Source of the DNA: Cyanobacteriota bacterium
GTDB lineage: Bacteria > Cyanobacteriota > Cyanobacteriia > Cyanobacteriales > Nostocaceae
NCBI GenBank assembly: GCA_046045965.1
Contig: JBJOKS010000056.1
Span: 1 to 15,190 of the forward strand
Length of the DNA: 15,190 bases
Reading direction: 5' to 3'
The position numbers were made by a program, and so were the translations under genes. This document shows positions 8,522-15,190 of this stretch, piece by piece. A model generated the notes under the pieces. That model had not been told where the DNA came from and made no database searches. It was given only the letters and a program-made list of their open reading frames with translations. Within the stretch, counting starts at the first letter, position 1, and every line of letters begins with the position of its first letter.

Positions 8522-10417
8522 ATGAACGCATCCGAAATTTTAGCGAAACTCACTCAACAAGGTGTGGAATTCTGGGTTGAAAATAGTAAACTGAATATTC
8601 GTTCTCCTAAAGGTGTAATTACCTCAGAAATACAAGCACAAATAGCCACATATAAAGGAGATATATTGGCATTATTACAGGAAATGAATATCGCTACAAA
8701 ATCTGCATCTGAACCTCTCAGTCAAGGAATAAGTTTACAAACAATTGGTAAATTAATTGGTGGTTTTGTCGGTGAATCACCTATAGGATATCAGCCACCA
8801 ATTATTAACCCGAAAATGATGGCTCAAAATCTCAGTATTACATTTAGACCTTTACCTCATGGATATGATCATCAAACTATTATTAAGTTTCGCCAAGAAT
8901 TAGCTATTAAGTTAAAAAACTTTGGCGTTACTGTCATACCTTGGCAGGAAGCAACCACAGAAATTTTCTATGATATTAAAATTCCTCTACTTAATTGGAA
9001 TCGCTCTTTAAAAATGAAGGGAGTTCGAGCAGAAATTGATGCAGTAATAGATGTGGAACGACCTAATTCATGGTTGAGAAAATTAGGAATTTTCTTTGCT
9101 GAAAATTTTTATAGTTTATCTTATCCCTGGCTCATAAATCAGCAAAAAATGTCAGTTGTCCAAATTGCTAAACTAAGTAGTTGGGCAGAAGATCATGCAG
9201 CTAAATATGTTGAAGATCCAACAAATACTCAAGTCATCATTATTGGTGAAATCGATCATGAATTTATAAATCCCTTAATCAAATATCAAGACAAGATTAG
9301 TATTGGTATCAATACACTCATTAAAACATTCTCAGAAATTGTCATTGGCGTATCTAGTGAGCAAATTTCTATTCTCAATATGAATCTATCAGATTCTATT
9401 TTTTCTAGAACAGAAATTGATGATTTTATTTCCAAATCACTAATTCCTAAAGTTTTTGTTCCTATCGCTCCCCTATTAATGAATAGATTTGAAATAGGAG
9501 AGTATAATCCTCATCTATCTAGCTATGCTCATCAATTAGTCAAACTAGGTCGAGAACTAGCCTCCACTGGTCTATTTCCATCAGGTTTTAAACTTGATGA
9601 AGTTATTAAAAGAAAGTCCCACAGAGATATTGTCAATGTCATCGTCAATGGTAGAACAGGAGTCTCTTATGGTTTTGTCGCTTATGTCGAACCTCCTTAC
9701 TATCTAGGAAAACAAGAAATAACTGCTAATGAGTGGGAAAACTTATTACCTGTTCCTGGATTTAGTAGTAGTGAAATTCGTAAAAATGAAGCAGGTAGAC
9801 ATTATATTAAAATCCTCATTGCCGGAGAGTATGTATTTAAGCAAATCCCTGATATTTGGTTACTTAGTTCTCGTTCTGGCTCAAATAAAACAGACTTAAA
9901 TCTTGAGCAAGATATCATTCGTATCGGCTTAAAAAATAATTTACATCTGCAATTACCACTAGGAAATCAGTCGCCTAAATTAGATGTAAAACCTTCTTAT
10001 GATATCTATGTCATGCTGGCAATTAGTCTAGCCGCTGCTTTATATACACCAGAATTAATTGAAAATGGTGCGCCAATTGTTCACTTTCATGGCTATCCTG
10101 CTTATGATTGGTTTAAAGAAAATGAATATTGCGTTGGTGTTGATAATCCTTCTGTACCATGTGGAACTTATGAATCAGGTGTGTTTAATTTTCTAGGTCT
10201 TTCTAACTTAGATAATCAACAAACAAAAAATGTCAAATTAGTTAGTTTAATAGAACCAGATCATGGCACAAATTTTATCGCTCGTGATATGGACTATCTA
10301 ATTGATAGGTTAAAAAATGGATGTTTAGCCGAACAAATTGAACTCGGTGGACAACATTTTGCTTCTCTTAAAGCTAATCTAAGTAATAGAAGTAAATTCA
10401 TAATTCATAATTCATAA
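8522..10417 (+). CDS. Uncharacterised 631-aa protein: TubC-like N-terminal docking domain, unknown middle region and putative class II aldolase/adducin-like C-terminal domain
   Basis: Residues 1-54 (EILAKLTQQGVEFWVENSKLNIRSPKGVITSEIQAQIATYKGDILALL) fit the TubC-N docking pattern. The C-terminal half carries, in order, SRSGSNK, KPSYD, IVHFHG, PCGTYE and EPDHG. A GGGAGA RBS lies at 8509-8514. Confidence 0.75.
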   Translation: MNASEILAKLTQQGVEFWVENSKLNIRSPKGVITSEIQAQIATYKGDILALLQEMNIATKSASEPLSQGISLQTIGKLIGGFVGESPIGYQPPIINPKMMAQNLSITFRPLPHGYDHQTIIKFRQELAIKLKNFGVTVIPWQEATTEIFYDIKIPLLNWNRSLKMKGVRAEIDAVIDVERPNSWLRKLGIFFAENFYSLSYPWLINQQKMSVVQIAKLSSWAEDHAAKYVEDPTNTQVIIIGEIDHEFINPLIKYQDKISIGINTLIKTFSEIVIGVSSEQISILNMNLSDSIFSRTEIDDFISKSLIPKVFVPIAPLLMNRFEIGEYNPHLSSYAHQLVKLGRELASTGLFPSGFKLDEVIKRKSHRDIVNVIVNGRTGVSYGFVAYVEPPYYLGKQEITANEWENLLPVPGFSSSEIRKNEAGRHYIKILIAGEYVFKQIPDIWLLSSRSGSNKTDLNLEQDIIRIGLKNNLHLQLPLGNQSPKLDVKPSYDIYVMLAISLAAALYTPELIENGAPIVHFHGYPAYDWFKENEYCVGVDNPSVPCGTYESGVFNFLGLSNLDNQQTKNVKLVSLIEPDHGTNFIARDMDYLIDRLKNGCLAEQIELGGQHFASLKANLSNRSKFIIHNS

Positions 10418-10422
10418 TTCAT
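10395..10422. repeat. Heptamer tandem repeat (AATTCAT)x4, STRR type, overlapping the stop codon
   Basis: Four exact copies; they encode the terminal KFIIHNS* of the 631-aa ORF. Confidence 0.9.
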
Positions 10423-10498
10423 AGGGAATAGGTGGTAGGTGACAGGTAGAAAGTGATCCTCCCCATCTCCCTAGCTTCGCGGAAGTCAAAAGTCAAAA

Positions 10499-10681
10499 GT
10501 TTTAAAAGTTTATGGCGATTAGAAAGATGCCTCCGGCACGCTTCGCGAACGCTACTACACAAACTAAGTCCACCTCCGTGGACTAACGAAAAATTGAGAG
10601 TTTGAAACCCATGAAGATGGGTTTTGTCTGTGTAGCCGCGACTTATAGTCGCCAAGGCTTTTCTTTTCAAACAACCTCTTA
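10499..10681. mobile_element. Composite MITE-like palindromic repeat with a nested 21-nt insert
   Basis: Arms TGGCGATTAGAAA...CTACACAAAC and GTCTGTGTAGCCGCGACTTATAGTCGCCA are inverted relative to each other. Internal hairpins are at 10567-10584, 10605-10624 and 10638-10652. The right end CTTTTCAAACAACCTCTTA has only a partial left partner, GTTTTAAAAG (10499-10508). Confidence 0.6.
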
Positions 10682-10753
10682 GAATGGTTGGTTTATTTAC
10701 GCTGTACTTTACTAGCTTCTTCATGTTTACAGATTGAGTAATTTGTTTAACTT

Positions 10754-11761
10754 ATGAACACCAATTCCAAAACATTACTGATTACGGGAATAGATAATTT
10801 TATTGGTTTACGTGCTGCTGAATTATCTTTAGAGCGAGGAATGAAAGTTCGTGGTTTACAAACTTCTGTAAAAACCAAAAGCACTACTAATTTAGATGCT
10901 GATTTAGTGATAGGTAACATAACAGATTTGGCAATTACCAAACAAGCTTGTCAGGGAGTAGATATTATTTTTCATACAGAACAACTGGCTGAAGAAACCG
11001 GCGACATCAAAAAATTTCGAGAAATAAATGTTGGTGGTACACTAAATATAGCTCAAGCTGCCAAAAATGCTGGTGTAAAAATTTTTGTCCATCTTTCTAG
11101 CGTGCTAGTTTATGGCTTTAACTATCCTCATCAAGTTACTGAATCAGACGCACTTTCTGGAGAAAATAACCCCTATTGTCAGACGAAAATAGAAGCCGAA
11201 TCTGCGCTTTTAAAATTGAATTCACCGCCAGATTTTAATATTATTATTATCCGCGCTGGTGATGTTTACGGACCAGGTAGTATTCCTTGGGTAGTACGTC
11301 CACTTTTATTAATGCGTCAAAATTTCTTTGCCTATGCCAATGATGGTAAAGGTGTAAGTAATCATCTCTATATAGATAACCTCATTGATGCTATATTTTT
11401 GGCAATTGAAAAAGAACCATCTGAAGAAATATCTGGAGAAATATTTAATATCACAGATGGTCAAGAAACTTCCTGGAAAGAGTATTTCACAAATTTAGCT
11501 GCAATTGAAGGTTTAGATGGTTTCATGTCTCTACCTAAAGATGAAATGAAATTATTATTGCAAGTGCGTCGTCAAGGACAGAAACTGTTGCGAAAAAAAG
11601 CCGATATTCTGCCAGAATCTCTAGATTTTATCACTCGTCCTTATGCCTATTCCATCGCCAAAGCTAAAACTATGTTGGGTTATCAGCCAAAAATTGATTT
11701 GTCCGAGGGAATGCGTCGTACTCATGAATGGTTGAAAAAAACCGATATCCAAGAATTGTAG
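10754..11761 (+). CDS. NAD-dependent epimerase/dehydratase family protein (extended SDR)
   Basis: LLITGIDNFIG (variant of TGxxGxxG), INVGGT, FVHLSSVLVYG, PYCQTK (YxxxK, Y141/K145), IRAGDVYGPG and AKTMLGYQP; 335 aa. Confidence 0.9.
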   Translation: MNTNSKTLLITGIDNFIGLRAAELSLERGMKVRGLQTSVKTKSTTNLDADLVIGNITDLAITKQACQGVDIIFHTEQLAEETGDIKKFREINVGGTLNIAQAAKNAGVKIFVHLSSVLVYGFNYPHQVTESDALSGENNPYCQTKIEAESALLKLNSPPDFNIIIIRAGDVYGPGSIPWVVRPLLLMRQNFFAYANDGKGVSNHLYIDNLIDAIFLAIEKEPSEEISGEIFNITDGQETSWKEYFTNLAAIEGLDGFMSLPKDEMKLLLQVRRQGQKLLRKKADILPESLDFITRPYAYSIAKAKTMLGYQPKIDLSEGMRRTHEWLKKTDIQEL

Positions 11762-11779
11762 GCATTCAGGAGTCAGGAG

Positions 11780-11799
11780 GGGCGAACGGCCGTTCGCCC
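11780..11799. repeat. Perfect 20-bp REP-like palindrome GGGCGAACGGCCGTTCGCCC within AGGAGTC-type heptamers
   Basis: Self-complementary 20-mer followed by GTACA, flanked by CAGGAGTCAGGA and AGAGTCAGAA. Confidence 0.8.
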
Positions 11800-12030
11800 G
11801 TACAAGAGTCAGAACATTTGAAAAATGGTTAGATGATTAAGTGTAAGTTTTAGTGAGTTTTAGTGAGTTTAGGCTTTTCGCCTCAGTGTAAATCACTGCG
11901 CTACGTGGCGTAAACTCTAGAATAGTTAAATTAACTACATTTACGCCATAAAGCAAGAATTATGGCAGGATGGAAACAAGCTCGTGCAACAAGAAGTCCA
12001 AAAGCTGGTTTTCACTCTGAGGAACTTCAT

Positions 12031-12091
12031 AGGAGGCAGGAGGCAGTTAACAGTGAACAGTTAGCAGTAAACGGCGATAACTGATAACTGA
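12031..12091. repeat. STRR heptamer cluster: (AGGAGGC)x2, four CAGT(T/G/A)A(A/G) units and (GATAACT)x2
   Basis: Tandem 7-mers read directly. The CAGTTA-type and TAACTG-type blocks are complementary to each other. Confidence 0.75.
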
Positions 12092-12207
12092 TCCATATTT
12101 TCGCATTGTCAGCCAAAAAAAATTCTGGCCGAAGAATGTTTATTATCGTCGGAATGGTTGTGTGAGACTGCGAAAAAAGAATATATACTCCAAACCTTGA
12201 CTATTAA

Positions 12208-12486
12208 ATGACTCCAGACTACTCAGAAACTTACATCAATCATCCAACGTGGGGTTTACTATATAGGATCTGTATGGTTGATGATAACCAGGATCTGTTT
12301 ACTACACTTTATGCCCAACGCTTATTTTTTTTGGTAACAAATGACGTTAAAGGTATTAAATTTCAGTCTATCGGTCGGACTGAAGCGAGAATGATGCTGG
12401 AAAATCGTTTACGTACTTTGCGCCGCAGTGGCAAGCCTCAGGAGTACGATCAGCTTCAAAGTGTTTTCCAACGCACATTCCAATGA
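12208..12486 (+). CDS. pipX: PII-interacting protein X, NtcA coactivator
   Basis: ETYINHPTWGLLY, LFTTLYAQRLFFLV and ENRLRTLRR; 92 aa; directly upstream of pipY. Confidence 0.97.
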   Translation: MTPDYSETYINHPTWGLLYRICMVDDNQDLFTTLYAQRLFFLVTNDVKGIKFQSIGRTEARMMLENRLRTLRRSGKPQEYDQLQSVFQRTFQ

Positions 12487-13187
12487 CAAGTTCGATTTGT
12501 GAACGTATTGCTACCATTCGCGCCTCTCTTTCCCCTTCAGTGCGGTTAATTGCTGTTAGTAAGCAAATACCAACCGAACTGATGCGGGAAGCATACAGCG
12601 CGGGTATTCGTGATTTTGGTGAAAGTCGCATCCAAGAAGCTGCCAGTAAACAAACTCAGTTGCAAGACTTGCCGGATATTACTTGGCACTTCATTGGCAC
12701 TTTACAAAGCAACAAAGCCAAAAAAGCTCTAGAATTATTTGATTGGATTCACTCTGTAGATAATCTACATATAGCCCAGCGTCTGGATACCCTGGCGCAA
12801 CAGCTGGGAGTGAGTCCCTTGGTTTGCTTACAAGTCAAAATTCTCCCCGATCCTAGCAAGTCTGGCTGGAGCATACCCCAACTATTAGCTGACTTGGCAG
12901 CACTTGACCAATGCAAAAATTTGCAAATTCAAGGTTTGATGACAATTCCCCCTCGTGGCTTGGATGAGAGGGAAATTTTGAATGTCTTTAATCATACCCA
13001 TAAACTAGCCCAAGAAATTGGATCACAAAAATGGGGAAATATCAAAATGCAGCATCTATCTATGGGTATGTCTGGAGATTATCAATTAGCAATACAAGCA
13101 GGTGCAACAATGGTCAGATTAGGGACTATTTTGTTTGGGCATCGCTCCCCCATTTCCCACATCTCACCCGATGTAACTGTATCTTAA
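12483..13187 (+). CDS. pipY: PLP-binding homeostasis protein (YggS/PLPBP family)
   Basis: LIAVSK (PLP lysine), FGESRIQE, WHFIGTLQSNK, IHSVD, GLMTIPP, LSMGMSGDY and GATMVRLGT. ATGA overlap with pipX. Confidence 0.96.
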   Translation: MTSSICERIATIRASLSPSVRLIAVSKQIPTELMREAYSAGIRDFGESRIQEAASKQTQLQDLPDITWHFIGTLQSNKAKKALELFDWIHSVDNLHIAQRLDTLAQQLGVSPLVCLQVKILPDPSKSGWSIPQLLADLAALDQCKNLQIQGLMTIPPRGLDEREILNVFNHTHKLAQEIGSQKWGNIKMQHLSMGMSGDYQLAIQAGATMVRLGTILFGHRSPISHISPDVTVS

Positions 13188-13499
13188 AAAACTCAGCACT
13201 GATAACCAGGTCAGTGCCTGTTGCTTAAAAATTGGTAGCCAGATATAGACTTGACAAATGTAATTACTAAGACCAAATTAGAGGTAAAGAACTTTTCATT
13301 ACCCAAACTTTAGGATATAATTTTGACTCATTGTTATGTCCATATAAAGTTCTTTCTAGAACAGTATTTTCTTTATGAAAACCTGTACTAGAGGACACAA
13401 ACAGCAATAAAATTGCTCAAGGCAGCAGCTACTATCTATACTGGCTACCAAAATTTACAGCCGGATCAATTAAGGTAATTTCCACTGGGAGCGTAGACA

Positions 13500-14093
13500 A
13501 TGAACAATATATTTTCCAAACTTAGGGATTTTGTGGGTTTGAATGAGCAAGTAGAATACGAATACTACGAAGAGGAGCAAGATAACGATAGCTACCAAAA
13601 TCTGTATCAACAAGAAAATCCTCAACCTGCTCCACAAGAAACCCCTGCTCCTAATCGACGTTGGCGTGAACCCTCCTCTACAATGGGAGAAGAAGTAGCA
13701 GCAACAGGATCAAAGCCTATGAGTAATGTGATTGGTATGCCAGGCGCAATTAATGGAATTTCTGAAGTTTTAGTCCTCGAACCCCGCACTTTTGAAGAAA
13801 TGCCCCAGGCAATTCAAGCATTACGTGAGCGCAAGTCCGTAGTATTGAACTTAACAATCATGGACCCAGATCAGGCTCAACGGGCTGTAGATTTTGTGGC
13901 GGGTGGTACTTATGCTCTAGATGGACATCAAGAGCGTATTGGCGAAAGTATCTTTTTGTTTACACCCAGCTGTGTGCAAGTCAGCACCCAAGGCGGTTTT
14001 TTACATGAAGTACCCCAACCAGCAGCACGTCCCGTTCGTCCTACAGGTACAACTCCCACTTGGGGTAGTGAACCCAACCGGATGGCACAATAA
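13500..14093 (+). CDS. sepF: Cell division protein SepF (Cdv2/YlmF)
   Basis: N-terminal amphipathic helix [10 protein letters not shown], an acidic linker, and C-terminal [25 protein letters not shown]...[11 protein letters not shown]...IFLFTP. GGGAG RBS upstream. Confidence 0.97.
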   Translation: MNNIFSKLRDFVGLNEQVEYEYYEEEQDNDSYQNLYQQENPQPAPQETPAPNRRWREPSSTMGEEVAATGSKPMSNVIGMPGAINGISEVLVLEPRTFEEMPQAIQALRERKSVVLNLTIMDPDQAQRAVDFVAGGTYALDGHQERIGESIFLFTPSCVQVSTQGGFLHEVPQPAARPVRPTGTTPTWGSEPNRMAQ

Positions 14094-14103
14094 TGAAGTT
14101 AAA

Positions 14104-14180
14104 TTAGTCGTTTGTCCCTGGTGCTGATGCTGACAAATGACTAATGACCAATAACTAAATGACTATTAACTAAATGACTA
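14104..14180. repeat. AATGACT/AAATGAC-type STRR array with an upstream inverted copy
   Basis: TGACAAATGACTAATGACCAATAACTAAATGACTATTAACTAAATGACTA at 14131-14180. TTAGTCGTTTGTC (14104-14116) can pair with GACAAATGACTAA (14132-14144). Confidence 0.75.
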
Positions 14181-14989
14181 TTAAATTTGGTTTAATTGGT
14201 GGCGGGGTAATGGGAGAAGCTCTCTTATCCCGCCTTATTGCGCGAGGAATGTATCAGGGTTCTGAAGTCATAGTCAGTGAACCCCAAGAGTCTCGCCGGA
14301 GTTTCTTGCAGCAGCAATATGGGGTAACTGTAACGACGGATAATTGTCTGGTGTTATCTCAGACTCAAGAAGCTGTAATGTTAGCGGTGAAGCCCCAGGT
14401 ATTTAGTGCGATCGCTCAAGAATTAGCAGATATATTACCTATAGAACATTCACCTCTAATTATTTCTATTTTGGCAGGTGTGCCTTTAAAACCTCTAGAA
14501 GCAGCTTTTCCCCAATTGCCTGTTGTTCGCGCTATGCCTAATACTCCTGCTACAGTAGGCGCTGGAATAACAGCTATTTGTTTAGGTGCTTATACTCAGC
14601 CTAGCCATCAGCAAACCGCACAGGAAATTTTTTCCGCTGTGGGGGAAGTGGTAGAAGTTCCAGAATCTTTAATGGATGCAGTGACAGGTTTATCTGGTAG
14701 TGGTCCTGCCTATGTGGCGTTGATGATCGAAGCTTTATCTGATGGGGGTGTGGCTGCGGGTTTACCCAGAGCAGTGGCTAAACAGTTAGCTTTGCATACA
14801 GTTTTGGGAACGGCTAAACTCATAGAAGAAACAAAAATCCACCCCGCAGAATTGAAAGATAGAGTTACCAGTCCTGGGGGGACAACTATTGCAGGAGTGA
14901 GCGAGTTGGAGAAGGCTGGTTTTCGTTCTGCTTTAATTGAAGCGGTGAAAGCTGCTGCTCATCGTTCTCAGGAGTTGGGGAAAGGGTGA
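14174..14989 (+). CDS. proC: Pyrroline-5-carboxylate reductase
   Basis: GLIGGGVMG, LAVKPQ, RAMPNTP, TGLSGSGPAY, LKDRVTSPGGTTIAG; 271 aa. Confidence 0.98.
   Translation: MTIKFGLIGGGVMGEALLSRLIARGMYQGSEVIVSEPQESRRSFLQQQYGVTVTTDNCLVLSQTQEAVMLAVKPQVFSAIAQELADILPIEHSPLIISILAGVPLKPLEAAFPQLPVVRAMPNTPATVGAGITAICLGAYTQPSHQQTAQEIFSAVGEVVEVPESLMDAVTGLSGSGPAYVALMIEALSDGGVAAGLPRAVAKQLALHTVLGTAKLIEETKIHPAELKDRVTSPGGTTIAGVSELEKAGFRSALIEAVKAAAHRSQELGKG
14408..14415. repeat. HIP1 octamer GCGATCGC
   Basis: Exact match inside proC; the only one I found in the window. Confidence 0.9.
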
Positions 14990-15025
14990 TCAATTAATTC
15001 AAAGTTCAATTTTAGGGAAGTTTCG

Positions 15026-15057
15026 CGCAAAGACGCAAAGGAGCAAAGGCGCAAAGG
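15026..15057. repeat. Octamer tandem repeat, four CGCAAAGG-like units, downstream of proC
   Basis: CGCAAAGA CGCAAAGG AGCAAAGG CGCAAAGG. Confidence 0.85.
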
Positions 15058-15190
15058 TTTATATGGGGTCACCGTGCCAAAACGGGAAAATTGTACGCTA
15101 AGGCTGAAAGCCTTATCCATTAAAGATTTGAGCGATACTTATTTGACTTAACTCGCAAAGGGCGCAACTTGTCAAAACTGGTTGCTTGCT

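Noticed and set aside
6545..10417. Reading the condensation, carrier and docking genes as an NRPS
   Set aside because: There is no adenylation domain in the window, the carrier is HglB-like (GLDS) and the condensation-like protein looks like a stand-alone acyltransferase.
10419..10941. Minus-strand ORFs 10419-10724 and 10747-10941
   Set aside because: The first runs through the composite repeat element and the second is antisense to the SDR.
11846..11872. TAGTGAGTTT 10-mer duplication, and whether any repeats form a CRISPR array
   Set aside because: It is a simple slippage duplication. No repeat-spacer periodicity or cas gene is present in the window.
11962..12084. 40-codon ORF MAGWKQARATRSPK... 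upstream of pipX
   Set aside because: It has no clear RBS, its second half is STRR sequence and it shows no recognisable homology.
13251..13280. Perfect TTGACA upstream of sepF as a -35 box
   Set aside because: There is no convincing -10 hexamer at 16-18 bp spacing (CAAATT at 17 bp), so I cannot call a promoter.
12368..14127. ORFs 12368-12631(-), 13031-13228(+) and 13921-14127(+)
   Set aside because: Alternative-frame overlaps of pipX, pipY and sepF.

Overview
This window is from a heterocyst-forming cyanobacterium (Nostocales-type, judged from the gene set, the heptamer tandem repeats and a HIP1 site). All supported genes are on the + strand. Bases 1-11761 hold the downstream part of a PUFA-synthase/heterocyst-glycolipid (pfa/hgl)-like lipid cluster with a non-canonical layout. 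In order it encodes: the C-terminal KR-DH part of a large PfaA/HglE-HglG-like synthase that starts before the window; an eroded CLF-AT protein (HglC/PfaB-like) with no HglD-type KS gene in front of it; a PfaD/HglA enoyl reductase; a stand-alone HHxxxDG acyltransferase (condensation/PapA5-like); a free-standing HglB-like ACP without HglB's reductase domain; a 631-aa protein with a TubC-like N-terminal docking domain and, by my motif reading, a cryptic class II aldolase-type metal-binding domain; and an extended SDR. The best candidate for an undescribed system is this acyltransferase / ACP / docking-aldolase / SDR tailoring module, which sits where reductive chain release is normally encoded. 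Bases 12208-14989 are the conserved pipX-pipY-sepF-proC cluster. The intergenic regions contain many short tandem repeats, REP-like palindromes and MITE-like elements. All family assignments come from reading motifs by eye; no database searches were run.
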